A stretch of 64,000 bases of DNA from Bilabrum cf. latius (GCA_965178125.1 OZ237765.1:682001-746000); one strand, 5' to 3'. Positions 1-13,675 are shown, counted from the first letter of the stretch. Program-made: numbers and translations. The notes: a model not told the origin generated them from the letters alone.

Positions 1-2998
1 TATTCGGCAACCGCTTGAATCCATCTGTATCTAGCCTCGGCAGCGCGACGTCCGTTCTCGTCCATCCTCTTGCCATCAAGGACTCAAACACAGGGTCTGG
101 CTCACCGTCCAACGACTGCGCGCAAGCACCAACGGCCTGATCCAGGGCCTATAAAGCGGCTTGGGCGACGTGTGGCTCCCGTCTGTGGGCCCACCGCCCT
201 GCACCGCACGACAGATCCTCCAGCTCATGCACCAGCACGGTTCCAATGACGGTGCTCATGGAGTCGCACGAGGCTTTGCGCAGGTGAATATTCAAGCAAC
301 GCACTAGAACACGCCCAAGGCTGCTAGCAATCCGCCACGCGTCCACCGTAGTGGACTCGGCTAGCAACCGGATGATACTTTCAGCAATAGCCATATCGCC
401 CTCCATGAGCACTCGGAATAGGGTCACCTCAACGGCTGGCATGTCCACTGCAAACACCGCATCCGGCCACAGGTCGTGCCACATGCCCATCTGTTTTGCG
501 AGAAACACCCGGTGCAAGCACCACCATCTCTCCGACGAGAGTATCCAGCCTCTGCTACAGGGCTGCCCCAACTACGGCAGGCAGCGCGTGTGCAGCCCCG
601 GCCACACATCATACTTCAGGATCCACTTGATCAGTACGGCAAACGAGCAAGCGAGCTTGTGTTCGGAGATGCGGTCTCCTCGTGGCTTGCTGTGTTGGCG
701 CTTGTCCAGCGCAAAAGCAGCATCAGCGCGCATTTGGCGGTAGCCCCTGGCATCGTACGAAAGGCAATCGGGATACTTCTTGGAGCTTACTTGATACAGT
801 TGCATCCGCGTGCGTCGAGCTACAGCAAGGGTATCCCCGTCGCAGCTCAAAGAGTCCTGCATCAGACCTCTGCAAACGGCATCAGCAGGATCTCGATCCA
901 CAGCGGCCGAGTCTGCTGGCATGCATGCTCCTGATGGATCGGCACCATGGCGCAAGAGAATCTAAAGAGCAGAGCCGCTATTAAATTTCAGGCAAACTTG
1001 CACTAGCGTTGCACCTAACGCCGCGTCATCAACGTCCAACCCTTGCTCTAGTAGGAGATCCATACTCTTTCCCTAGTCAGCGATGCAAGCCATCTTGGCT
1101 GCAAGCAAGAGGGTTGATGCTGCTGGGTCCCGATTGTATGGTCCTACTGGTATCTTGCAGCAGGAAAGTGGAGGAATGACCCGACGTGAACACGCGATAT
1201 GCAATGCGAGCCGGAGACACTCTTCATCGCCATTCGCTGCGGCAATCACCATCTCTGGCATGAGAGCCAGCCAATGCAGTCCCCTGTCCCGTAGCCCTAC
1301 ATTTGCAATAATACCAAGAACAATCAGGTCATCCCGAAACCCGGACCGGCTGTCTACGATTTCGCATCCTTCTTCGAGATTCTCAGGCATCCAGTGCCTG
1401 GCGGAAGGCAGGGCAACGCGCAACCTGTGGTGTAGAATGTGGCGCTGGATTGCCTCGAGTTCTCTCACTGTTAGCATCTGTATGTAACGCTGCGGATGTA
1501 AAGACGCCCTACCTCTCCAATCGTGCTCAGCGTATACAAATGGCAACGCGCCAAAGAGGCGGTTGGGCTTGGTGCCTGCCTGGGCGCACATGGAGAGCAC
1601 CAGGGAGGGCGGGCCCTTGGGGCCCCACACGAGATTGTTGCAGCGATCTGCCCGGAACTCGTCCTGCATTCCAAACCGAGTTGGCAGCAGCTCAATGGTA
1701 TCCGTATCAGATATCCGGTCGCCATGACGAATGAACGCGTGCATCAAAGGTTCAAATATCCTCCCACTCCCGGTACCAAAGCACCGCTGCAGCTGGGCAT
1801 GCCACGAAGTGTCGATCAAGGACAGGTCAGCTCCCTTCGCAAGCAGACCACGGACGGCGGACTGGACCTGCCTGTCTGGATTCGGCTGCAGCTAAGCGGC
1901 ATAGCGGTGACTATCCTCGTCCTCATCCTCGTCCGAATCTTCGTCCTCATCCTCATCCTGATCCTCCAGTCTACCAATCTCTGTCTCGTTGTCCTCATCG
2001 TCGCCACCTTTATGAGCAGGATCGCCGGCTTCCTCATCTTCGTCTATTGAATCGGTGCTAGAGCTGTCGGAATCACTAGCCGCTCCTGAAGCAGGAGCAC
2101 TTGCAGTGGCTCGTTTCGAATTGGTAGTACGGGTGTTGGCATCTAATTTCCCCTCCCCGGCCCCCGCTAGCACAGCCGCCAGCGCCTGCTCAAGGCCCGT
2201 AGGGCTCGCTCGCTGCAGGACGTCGTGCTTGTCAAGCCAGCTCAGCAGATCGGTAAGGAACGAGAACGGCTGGCGTTTAGTATCACCATCTTCACCACCA
2301 ATGCTCCCATCGTCGTTTTCTTTCCAAGAGATGCCCTGCTTGATGGCAACCGCTGATGCCGCCTCGATGCAGGGAAGCACGGCATGCAGTGGTGCCCATT
2401 GCACGTCAGCTTCCTATTCTGTGCTTTGATCGATCAGTCGCTGCATGCCCAGCTCATACCTGGTGAAGAACTTGTACATGCCTTCCTTCTGGTTGTCGAT
2501 CACGCTCTGAATGCACTACCAGCGCCATTCTACAGGGAACCCCAGCGGATCCTAGCCACCGGCCGTCACGCAGTGCAAGAGAATGCGAGCGTTGTTTGGA
2601 TTGGTATCTACCAGCGAATCGAACATGATACATACATCCTATAATGTATTCTCTGTTTGATCGAGCCAGGGATCCAGTCCATGTCGGAGCATGAGGGCGA
2701 GGCCTTCCCACTTCAACCTAGTGCACCATTCGAACAAGTGGTCCTCCTTCGGGACCGGTAAGGAGGGGTCGAAGCCGGTCGAAAGATTTTCCTTCACCCA
2801 ATTGATGCTGTGCTCGAATATGTTGTCTTTGAAATTTGTTGCCGCTTGGTGCGTGAGGTAAACCTGATCTTGTTCGTCAGCTTGATCACTGTGCCCGGCA
2901 GCCAGTTCTGTTCGCCCACTTCGGTGCAATTTCCAGCCGTGTTGCCCACTTAGAACGATAGGAATATCAGGCTCGCTTGAAGCAACTGAGTTTCCCAT
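1..2998 (-). CDS. Ankyrin-repeat-like protein, >999 aa, 3' end runs off the window; possible N-myristoylation (MGNSVAS)
   Basis: Track ORFs 2639-2998, 1892-2404, 1073-1819, 572-955 and 149-571 share one frame and are joined only by 9 TAGs, with no TAA/TGA to the window edge. Ankyrin-like motifs: LLAKGADLS, LLLEQGLDVD, SAL(TAG)ILLRHGADP. Acidic tract at about 1910-2050. Confidence 0.7.
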
Positions 2999-3398
2999 AT
3001 TGGCGATGTTTACAGCTAGGACAAGTCAGAATGCGCAACTTTGTGGATCACACGATCGGTGCTACAGTGCAATGTAGCAATTGCATTGCACTGTGGCACT
3101 CCTGAATGTCCTCCGCGGAAACAAGATTCGTTCGGTCGGTCGGTCTGTCGGTCAACGGGTACATTTTCGTTGCTTGCCACGTTCAAAAACACAAAACACG
3201 CGTATCTGTTCATATATTCTGCCTGGCATAGTTTTAAATACCATGTCAGTTTCCGCTGCCATCGAAGGACACAGCAAGCATGCAACGCCACAACAATCAA
3301 GCTCAATTTCTCCAGGTGAGAGGTATTGGACCCATTATATGATTGTGTACAGTTGTATGTACCGCAAGCATGCTCCTGTCTGCGTGTGGAAGTTTTGA

Positions 3399-6300
3399 AT
3401 GCGGCGACAATCGTGCACCTTGTAGCGCTTCTTGCTTTTGGACGCAGAAATTTTGGCCATGTGCGCATCTGCACTAGATATCAGGGATATAGCAAGCTTA
3501 ATGCAAGTATCAAGGGATACCAGGCGCCATCTTGCCACGCAGCACGCCACTGTGGCAAAAGTTGCGGCAGCTAGGCTTGCCCATGTGGTCAAACAGCAGA
3601 TCAGCAGCGACGACTTGGTTCAATTTGTATCACGCACGTTTTGGCTGCACCTACGTGGCAACGATCTGCTGGCAGCACTGCAGCAAGTGTCCGATGCAGC
3701 TCGACAGGGCTCCGCGCTGTCGCGTGGTGAGCGGAGCCATGACTCTGTTCGAGATCGAGTCGTGGTCTACTAGTTCCCCCCAGCTTCTGACAGTGCCAGT
3801 TGTGGTCCGAGCCGCAAGCCAGACTTCCCGACAGAGGCGAAACGCTGTAAGATGTAGCCTGCTCAGCCTTCATGTGGTCGAGCAAGCACGTCACATCCAG
3901 GGTCCCGACTCTTGCAGTCGATCCGGCGAAACCCCATGGCTGCGGGCATGCTGCGAGCAATCGTCACATGGGGCACGGCGGGCGCACATATCCGATCACG
4001 TCAGTGCACTACCAATGCGCCAGCGCAACCATTGCACCGTCGCAGCGATAATTGCGCTGACTTGCCCTGGCTGACAGGCCTCACTTCCCTGCTGCTGGGC
4101 GTGGCGTCATTTCACAGCTTTAGGCCAGGGAGACTCGAGTCCTTGCGCAGGGCTCTGGCAGGGACCATTCACGGCGCAGAACCGACTCAAACTACGTCTG
4201 TACCGCTGCAGACCCGGCACCGCTCCCAGGTCGACACGAGCGAAGTCCTGCTGAGGTGCTTCAGACACGAAGCTGACTGCAACCTCCGTGTGTGGCAGCG
4301 TCTGCACCCGAGATACGACTTGGGACTGGCCTTGACCAACCTAGGGATCGGCTAGCACCCACAAATTGACTCAAATCTTGTACTGCTCTGTAATGTACGG
4401 GGTGTGGTGGCCGCTGCACACTGTGCTTGGAGTAGAAACATAACCTCTGGCTCACACGCGCGCGTAGCTGTGCTGCGTAGCAGTTGTATGCCAGTCACTG
4501 CAGAGCGCAATGTGCGAGACAAGCTAAGTCACTGCGTACATCATATGACGAGGATCATTTCTAATGTCGGAATGATGACGCTTCTATGTCAATGCGTCAA
4601 TGGCGAGTGCGTCCACGAGGCTCCTCAGGGCGTGCAGCGAGACGCACTATACTGGCCCTTCGACATGCCGTACCAAAGGTGTAAAGCTGTGGATTTGCTG
4701 GATAGTCAGACAGGGCGCCCAACGGGACTATCAGCTGTGAGCAGTCGCCCTAGTGGGACTTCCCCAATAGAATTACCTTCAAGCTGCAGCAAGACTGCAG
4801 CAGACAGTATTGGGAGAAATGTAGAATTACATTCGACAGTACAAGGTAAGAAGCAAGTGGCAGCGCGGCAAAGCAATCAAATTGAGGTAGAATGTGCGCA
4901 GGAGCCAGCATCATCCCCCATTTGTGATATCGACAGCGGGACTCGCACTGATTTTAGGTCTAACGAGAAGGACCGCACGCCAATCCAGCCGATAGCCATA
5001 CTACGTTGGATGGAAGCCAGCAGCATGATGCTGCAGCGTGACAATGAGATCAAGCACCTGAAGCGGCTTTTGGAGGAGTGCCACAAGGCTGGGCATGAAG
5101 CACACATTGCCCTGTCGATTGCAAAGCAACACTCATGCTGTATCCCTAACGGCACGCAGTGCAGGTTGCTGTGCACCGCATACCCCAGCAAAATTTGGGC
5201 AAGGTACTGGAGCGATGTACTGGTGACGGCTGTGCCAATGGTCATGTGGATCTGCGTGGCAATTGCATTCCTGTTGTATGCTGTGCCGGTCGCATGTGCA
5301 CAGGCAGTTCTTGTTGAGTCCACCGAAGTCTTGAACCGATCAATGGTGACATTCAATAGTTCGTGGCTACCCGTGGATGATGAAGTAGCCGACTCAATTT
5401 ATATGTGCGGAGCGGGATATCTTCTCGGCAGCAGCCCCGTTTCGCCCTCTGTATCCCATGGCCTGGGCCAATCGACAGGTCTGGTTGACATGACCAGCCT
5501 CGCGGCATTCCGGATGACACCGTGGGCTTTTACACTTGCTGCTGGGCCGGCGGCTCTCTCGGCATGCGTACTGTATTACTGTATTTTCAGCGTTGCACAG
5601 CAGTATTGCGATGATCTGTCGGTGTTCTGGGTTCCCTCCAGCCTGCACCTGATATGGGGGTCGTGGACTGAGATTGACGTGAGAACATAGCGTGACAGGA
5701 TCGATCAATTACGCAATCGGTACGATGCAGGGCAAACTTTCCCGCGTGGCTTCGAGCCTGCATGGGCGAGGCTCCACGATTTGAGGCGCCAAAGGGGTGT
5801 CAGTTCAATTTTGCCCGCACTGCATGTGATCGGAAGGCCCCGTTCTGTTGCTTTCGATGCAATGCACTGCGTCAGCATATCGGCTGCCTCCGTTGTCGCG
5901 TTTGCAACGGCTTCAAGTCTCGGTGTCGTTGGGCTTGCGGTACGGTGGGATGCCTTGATGCAGCGCTCGCTTATAAGCTCGATCGGAACGCATTCGGTCG
6001 TAGATCTATATGGACCTGATCCAGCTTCAATTATTTGCAGGGCCTTCACCTGGATTGCCGTGGCTAGTCTGCTACTTGACGCAGCGCTCCGTATCAGGCT
6101 TGTCCATCGGTACAGGTCATGGATTGGGACCAGTCGAGGCGAGCCGCCGTGCCTGTGTCATGCCTCGGTGGTGCATTGGGTATTTGGCACATTGCGGCAC
6201 TCTGTAATCGGCGATTATGTGATTTTGCTTTGCATTTGGCTCCTCTGGGTTGGATTAGCAAATCCAGGTTGTGATTTGTCATCACTGAACGGACGTGCAA

Positions 6301-7967
6301 GTACTGCCGCCGCCGTCCTCGCCGGCACGGGGGTGCTTCTATTCATAGGACGCGAGCTCATTCTTATGTCTATTTAGCGCCATGTGTGGTAGCTATGCCA
6401 CTGTTGTAGTGATAATCTTGCGGTCGCTAGAGATTGCATGGGTTTACCATCGGTGACAGGTGCATACTTGCTGGGTGTACTGCCACTCCTGACGGTATTC
6501 GGGTTGTCTATGTGGAGCGCAATAGGTTCAACTAGACACTATTTCTTCCATCCCTCCGTAGCCGCACCCATGTTCGGTGTTGCGTTCGGGGCACCAATCT
6601 TGCTGCACACAGTCCCTTTTATGTGCTACTGGCTGTACCCGGACTGGTTTCCGTAGAACAATACCATCTGGCAGCTGTGCTGCTGCCCCGGAGCGTCAAG
6701 GTCATATGGCGACACAAGAGGATTCAATGCCATGTATGCTAAAGCCCTGCACTCAGTTTTAGAGAGTCGGCACTACTTGACGGAGTTTATTGGGTGGATC
6801 CTTAGATAGCCTGCATGGCACAGCTTTGCCAGGAGAGACCTGGCCCAAATGATCGAGATCCGCTTAGGCGGGTTGGATCCAGGTATTGAGGCCGATGCAG
6901 CATTCATTGGACCCTATAAGGTATTAGCTCGATTTGTTGCGTACCCAATGGACTGTACAGGTGCCAAACTACACGAGTACACGTGGGGACCTGTGTGGAG
7001 CGGCAGGGCGAAACCTATTGGACCCGTGGACCGCACCTGGAGCGATCAGCAGCTAGAGGAGAAAGGTATCATTCCCACTCCAAGAAAATCAGTGGAGCAT
7101 TGGTTGAGCATGTGCGTTCAGTCGCGCATGTAGTTGGGGGTGGCTGCGATTCGAGAGGGTGTAAATGCTCTTCGTCATTTGCAAGGGAGTTCGCATTGCG
7201 GTGAGTCCTTCTATTTCGGACTAGCCCGCTAGCTCATTCGCCTTCACTGCAACCTTGAGGCCTTGCACGATGCCATTATGAGCTGTAGGCAACGTGTGGA
7301 TCGGCGCCTAGCTCGTGGCAGGTCTGGGCCGCGAAACAATCTGTGGGGCATGCCAGACGCGTATTTGGAGTCGCGCCAAGATACGTATTTGGCTGGTACT
7401 GATGCAGAGGAGGTGCGAGCTCTCAGTGGTGCTGCTGTTGGCGCTGCTCTGGCATTGGGTAAAGACCCAATCGAGCTTGTAGTGTTATATGCAAAGGAAA
7501 TGTGGCCTGACCTGCACCTGCACCGGCACCTGAACGCTCAGGCTCACAATACTACTGTGGAAACGTCGTTATTTACGCACCCTGGTACCGCTGGAGGCAA
7601 TTCAAATGTATCGGGCGCCTCGAGCGCTAACCATGGCCAGCGCAGCATCAATTGCGTGAAAAGTGTCAACGTGCGCGCTGCACTGGCTTGCGGGGAGGAA
7701 TCGTGGGATACGTGTGTGTAGTCCTGCATGGGTGGCAATCGAACCGTGGGATGGGCTTAGCCGGGGTGCCGCATGTTGCATGCCATGGGGGGTGGGAGCG
7801 CAGCACATGGCAGCGGGCGAACTGAAGGTTAGGTTCAGCTGCAAGCTACCGGGTCTCGAGAGAACTTGGACACTGGCAGCAGCGGTGCGTGGAGTGCTCG
7901 AGCTGGGGCTGACTGGGTTATGTGGCCAGGAAGCGAACCACTTCCGCGGGAGTTCCTTGGAAATTGA
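3399..7967 (+). CDS. Large (about 1522 aa) protein with N-terminal F-box-like motif and several central hydrophobic/TM segments; function unknown
   Basis: ATG at 3399 to TGA at 7965. Seven track ORFs (3432, 3912, 4404, 5781, 6438, 6849, 7263) are in one frame and broken only by 14 TAGs. LLDAEILAMCASALDIRDIASLMQVSR resembles an F-box. Hydrophobic segments lie at about 5220-5300, 5520-5600 and 5860-6650. Confidence 0.6.
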
Positions 7968-8569
7968 TTTCAGGTTGCAAGGATCACGTCATGTATCGCA
8001 CAGGTGCGATAGATAGAAGATAGAAATCTTGGTTTAAGATGCAATCCACGACAGTGAAAGAGCACACAACTCGAAAATCCAGATCAACGCCGTACCCGTG
8101 CGGTAGAACACCTAACACAGGCGTAGCGATGACCAAAACAGACGGGTTGTTGCGGGACAAGCCCCCGGATCCAACCACAGCAGCCGCTGTGGCACCGTTG
8201 ATCCGATCATCGGCACATAGGCCTGAGATCACACGTTGTACACAGCACCCTAATCTCGCAGACAGTCACACATGGTTGCAGTTGGTTTCCTCCGAGAGCC
8301 CATCCTGAAAGTTACCAAAAAGAAAACTGGTGAGTGCTGCCCCTCAGCGCCGGAATAGCACGCGGCTTGATTGCCGCTCGAGTCTAATTGTGACCTCTCA
8401 ACTTCCACATCCGCATGTGGTCGGGTGATCCGATCCCCCCTGATCCGAGTCACTCGTCCCCCACATGCCCAAACCCCCACCTGCCCGGCCTGTGCCTCCC
8501 CCCTTTCTATCCGCCGTATCACCCCGATGACCCCACCACTCATCTTCTCCTCCACTACCCGCTCCCCAC

Positions 8570-8830
8570 TTGGTGAACCGCCGCCCCCCCCCTCCTCCCT
8601 GCTTTGCCCCCCCGCCCATCTATCGCCTTCTCTCTCTGCTCCCCCACCCCCCCTCATCCCTCGCCCTCTCCCCTGCTCTGCCCCCACCCCTCCCCCCCCC
8701 CCCCCACCCCTCGTCCTCTCCTTCTGCTCCGCCCCCCCCCCCCCCCCCCCCATCCCTCGCCCTCTCCTTCTGCTCCCCCACACCACTCCCCTTTCCATCC
8801 GTCGCCCACCCCGCGTCGCCGCCGCTCCTG
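8570..8830. repeat. C-rich low-complexity tract / degenerate minisatellite (unit about 45-50 nt, core CCCTCGCCCTCTCCYCTGCTC followed by a poly-C run)
   Basis: 3-4 imperfect copies of ccctcg(c/t)cctctcc..ctgctc separated by long C runs, for example 8692-8706 and 8732-8751. It lies between the preceding gene and PLC. Confidence 0.7.
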
Positions 8831-9314
8831 GTCTGCATCCCTAGCCGCTTTCTCTCTCTCTCACTGAGCTTGCTGATCCGTTCGACCTGCCCAGTCCGAT
8901 TGCCTCTTGGGGTGGTCGTTGTAGTTGGGTAGTGTGTGCTTTGACTCAGACATATTATACTCTCTCTCACTCCTCCGCATCGCTACGTCGCATCTGCTCC
9001 TGCACCTCGAGCGTGTCCTGCGCCCACCGCGCGACCTCAATCTCAGATACCTTGCTGGCCTCACCAACTAAAAAAGCAACTAGCCATAAATGAAGATGAT
9101 GCAAACAATCTGAGATCGATCCACCGCTGCGCTCTTGCCTCCAATTCCGAAGATAGTGCGCACGTAAGGGGCTAAATGATAGGCGCAGAATCTAATCTAT
9201 TATTTAATGCAGTGCTTGGCTCTTGTATATACTGTGATGACCAGCTTTCGAGTCCACATTCGAGCCTCCAATATGCGCAGCAGATCTGTTCTAGTAATCA
9301 TAGTATCAATCATA

Positions 9315-11853
9315 ATGGGATGCTGTCCGAGCACTGAAGCTGGAGCAGGGGTGGTTGAAAAACGCAACTATGCCGGTATGTCCCCCGCAGAGGTGAGGTG
9401 AACGTGGCAACAACGACGAGGTTATCCGTTTGCTTCTGTTCCATCCCAATCTTGTAAAATCTCGATAGGATCTCCACGTCTATATTGCAGATCCTTTTGG
9501 CTGAAGAATGGGACGCAATCGATCAAGACAAGTAAGCGCTACCGCCTCTGAATTGCTCGCCGCTTTTTCTCGTGGCACCATTCTTCGGATACGGCATCTC
9601 TCTCATTAGGATCGCAGGAGCGGAGACTTGGACGAGACGGAGCTCATGCGTCTGATGGAAAGGATCGGCGTGTCTATCTCACCATAGGCGCTGAAGAAAC
9701 ACTTGAAGAAGTTTGACAAGGACGGCAGCGGCACTCTGTCCCGGGACGAGCTCGTGCCGTTCTTCGAAGAGGTCTCGGATCGCCCCACGGATGCGTTTGA
9801 CGCGCTGATCGCACAGTACGGCTAGGATGGTAAGCTCTCAGCAGCTCAGTTCGCCAAGTTCTAGGCTGAGCACCAGGGCGAGCACGCGGCCGCCGGCGAG
9901 ACCCCGGACCAGATGCTCGCCCGCTTTCGTGCCTCACTGCTCCGATCGGCGGATCGGGCGGCCGAGTCCCCCGACGGCGTGGACCCGGCCATCCAAGGGT
10001 ACAGGCAGACGGTCCACGACGCCGCCGAAAAGGCAGCCGAGGAGGAGGGTGGTGGCGGCGCGGCGGGAGCCTCGACCGCCGGAGGGGGCGCGGCGGGGGC
10101 GGCAGGGGATGGGGCGTCCAAGCTGAACCCACTGCAAGCAACGAAAGCCAAGAGCGGTGGGAGCAGCGAGTCGATGGTGGGAAAGATTCCCGTGTCCATA
10201 CGCCGCAACACCGCGGCAGTGGATGGGGCGGAGGGAAAGAGGGCGCAGATGGCTCGGTCGGCCGTGTCGGGGTCCAGCGACACGGTGTGTGTGCGAGAGC
10301 TCATGGCCTTGCTAACCAACCCCGAGGTGAATGGTATCATCGCCAACGATAGGGCGCAGAGAGTGTGGCAGGACATGACCCGCCCGCTCTCCCACTACCA
10401 CGTCTCCTCCACCCACAATTCGTACCTCGCCGGCAACCAGCTCTGGGGCGAGTCGAGCGCGGATGCGCTGCGCCGGGCGCTCTCGCTGGGCGCCCGGGTG
10501 GTGGAACTGGACACCTACGACGGGGATCCGGAGCCGATTATCACCCACGGGGGCACGCTCACCTCCACGCTGGGCTTCCGCGAGGCTGTCAGAGCCATCG
10601 GGGAGTACGCATTCAGGAAGCAGAACGTGCGGCCCTCGCAGTACCCGGTGATCATCACCATCGAAAACCACTGCAGCCAGGAGCAGCAGGCGGTGCAGGC
10701 CAGGATCCTCAAAGAGGAACTAGGTGACAAGCTGCACGTCCCGCCGGCCACCAGGCCACGGCTGTACCCCAGCCCAGAAGAACTCAAGGGCAAGGTCGTG
10801 ATACGGGACAAGCCGGGGGTGCCTCTGCCCGTGCAGGGCGAGGAGGGGGGTGTGGAGGCACCCACGGAGGCGCAGGTGAAGGCCGCTCAGGAGGCAGACG
10901 TGGAGGAAGAGGGGGAGGGCAAGGAGGGTAAAGGAGGCGCTGCTGCGAGCGGCGGCGCGGGGGGGGGCTCAAAGCACAGCAAGGCGATGCACCCCGATCT
11001 GCTGGCCCTCATCACGGTGCCCAACGTCAAGTTCAAGGGCTTGGACAAGCTGGAGGTCCTGGGGGCCGGGTCCACGTCCAGCTCCTTCGACGAAGACAAG
11101 ATCGTGAAAGTGGCGGGAAAGAGCCCCAAGTCGGCCGGGTTCATCGGGTACACGCAGACCCACCTAGCCAGGACGTATCCCAGGGGCCTCCGAGTGGACT
11201 CCTCAAACTACAACCCCACGTTCATGTGGCAGGTAGGCTGCCAGATCGTGGCTCTCAACTACCAGAGCGACGGGCTGCCGGTGCACATCAACCAGGGCAA
11301 GTTCAACGACAACGGAGGCTCGGGGTACGTGCTCAAGGCACCGCACCTGCTGCCGGCAGATGGCAAGTCCGCGGCAGCCGCGGTGCCCGCTGACTTTGAC
11401 GTATCTGGCAACAAGGCCCCCGCCAAGATGGACCTCAAGATCGAGCTAATCTCGGGGCACTACCTGCCCCAGGCAGCCGAGGACAAGGGCACCAGCGATG
11501 TGGTGGATCCATACGTCGTCATTCGCGTCAACGGGTGCGAGGCAGACGAGTCGAGCTGGACGAGCTCAACGGTCAAGGACAACGGGATCAACCCTCGGTG
11601 GAAAGGGGAGGTGGCCGGGGACAAGTACACGGCCAAGTTCTCCGTCAAACGGCCGGAGACCGCCGTCATCACGTTCGAGGTGTGGGACGCCGATACGAAT
11701 CCCGTGAACAGCGACGATCTGTGCGCGGTGTTCAGCTGCCCCCTCGACGCTGTCAGGCCTGGGCTACGGGTGGTGCCCCTGTGGGATGTGGGCAGCGTGC
11801 CCCTTCCTCTGTCGAACCTATTCGTGAGCGTGACGCGGGAGGACAAGGAGTGA
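9315..11853 (+). CDS. PLC: Phosphoinositide-specific phospholipase C (EF-hands, X and Y catalytic boxes, C2 domain) with N-terminal MGCC acylation motif
   Basis: Exons 9315-9392, 9491-9531 and 9618-11853 (GT..GCAG introns of 98 and 86 nt). EF-hands DQDKSGDLDETEL and DKDGSGTLSRDEL; X box QDMTRPLSHYHVSSTHNSYL..VELD..HGGTLT..IENHC; Y box RTYPRGLRVDSSNYNP..GCQIVALNYQ; C2 DPYV..NGINPRW. In-frame TAG at 9685, 9823 and 9862. Ends in TGA. Confidence 0.93.
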
Positions 11854-11962
11854 CCTCTGCCTGTGGTATGGTTTAGTTGGTGCTCTTCATGTGATTTTAT
11901 CGCTTCGAAGCTGGGTGCAACTCAAACCACGGGACAAGGATAGAGATCAAGGTTTACGTGGA

Positions 11963-13429
11963 TTACCCCTGCCCGCCGTTGCCCGCACGGCCACCGCCAC
12001 GACCCTTGCGCCGGCTGCGTCCTCCACCTGCACCTCCACCTCCTCCATTACCACCACCTCCACCACGCCCTCTTGCCCGACCCCTGCCCCGCCCCCGTCC
12101 ACTGCCACCGCCACCGCCACCGTCGCCTTCCCTGCCTCTGCCCCGTCTCCCCTTCCCCTTTCCCTGCCTGGCTTGCTGGCTGCCTGTCTCGCCGCTTGTC
12201 CGCCCATCCGCCCCGCTAGCGGCCTGCGTCCGGCCCTTGCCCCCACCCCTGCGCGCGGCCCCGCCCGTCTCCTTCCGCTGGCCACTCGCCGCCCGTCCAC
12301 GGTCTCCGTGGTGCCCATCTGATCCGATCTGGCTGGTTGCAACCACCGGACTCACCGGCACCGTCGCACCAACAGACGGGCCAGAGCCAGAGGAGGACCC
12401 GTCCCCTCTGTGGGGGTCAGGGGTCCGACCTCCACTCTCCGTGCGACCCCTCGCCGACCCCCCCACCTCCTCCTATTCCCCATCGACCCCCACGCCCTCT
12501 GGTCTGAATCCTGTGGCCGGAAGCACCCTCCCACGCGCCGCCTCCTCGGGTGAGATGGGCAGGAACTGGCCCGCGTGCTGGCAGGCCGCGGACTGCCGCT
12601 CCTGCGGGGCGACGGCCCGGCCGCTTGATGCCAGTGTGACGAGTGCGATGGGCTCCATCCGGGTGACGGGGATGCTGGACTGGCCGGGGGCCTCGGGCCC
12701 GGATCGGTGTGACGAGTGCCCCCTACCAGCCCGCTTGCTGGCCCCTGCGGCGGGAGACCTCGGCGATGACGACTGCATTGCGGCCGCCGCCGGGACGTCC
12801 ACGGGGACCGCCGCGGCAATTCCCCCTGCACTATAGCTTGGAATCGGACTCGTGCTCCATCTTGCTGGGTCTAAGCTAAAGTACCGGGGCTGCCAGACCG
12901 GCAGGTTGCAACCGGTGTTGGCCCCCCTGCCGCTGCCGGGAACTGCCAGGGGCAGCTGCACGGCGCCGGTGGTGGGGTCGCGAGGAACGGAAATGGCAAA
13001 ACTAGAGCCGGGCGGTGGGCCTGGATCAGTCGGTGGGGCATCGACTGCAGTGGCGCTGCTGCCCCCAGCAGCTCCAGCTCCACCCATGCTGCTACTGGCG
13101 GCACGAGGTGGCGGCGCGGATGTGAGCCCTACGTCTGCGGCTCGTTTCGCCTGCATCCAAGCCGGCAGATCCACCACAGATGACAATAAAGGTGCTGTGG
13201 CTATGCTCTCATCGTGCATGAACCGACATCTGCTGGCAAACGGACAACGGCCGCTCTCGTAGAATGCCTTGCAGCGCGCAGCCTTGTACTTGGGATGCCT
13301 TGGCTACCTTCTCAGTTCGTGGCAGCCGTGAGCAAACTAACATCGATCCCCATACCGACACTTCCCCTCGAACTCAAATTTTCGGCAGGGCTCTGACTTG
13401 AATAGGGACTTATTGGTGCGACCCGCCAT
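11963..13429 (-). CDS. Tristetraprolin/ZFP36-like tandem CCCH zinc-finger RNA-binding protein with Gly/Arg-rich tail (about 488 aa)
   Basis: ATG at 13429: MAGRTNKSLFKSEPCRKFEFEGKCRYGDRC(TAG)FAHGCHELRR(TAG)PRHPKYKAARCKAFYESGRCPFASRCRFMH, which matches the TTP tandem-finger pattern. TAGs at 13337, 13304 and 12473. Ends in TAA at 11963. Confidence 0.85.
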
Positions 13430-13675
13430 GCAGTACCAGACTCAAAGGCACCCGATTCGTACGATCCACCAGGTAATAGAGCCAAGCTTTGACAACAAGG
13501 TAATTGATTTGTTTGTAGAGCCTACGCACACAGGGCCAATTTGCTGTCCCAATAAGATCGTCGCGCGGATTGTGGATGGATGACATGTTCCGCTAAACAG
13601 AGTAGAAACGCGCGGCGCCGTTGGAGTGCATCGATGACGTAGTATCCTGCGAAAAAAAATTGCTCGACACACTGA

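Noticed and set aside
8250-9067. Gly/Arg-rich and Pro-rich ORFs over the C-rich tract
   Set aside because: Explained by low-complexity composition; no consistent start or domain.
9850-9885. UAG = leucine, suggested by PLC FAKF(TAG)AEHQGE (consensus FL..EQ.E) and UIM LMLS(TAG)Q
   Set aside because: Outweighed by the CQFAHG, FRWIQ, polyQ and paralog CAG sites, and by polar positions in MoaA, OTU and ankyrin where Leu fits poorly. Kept as the main counter-example.
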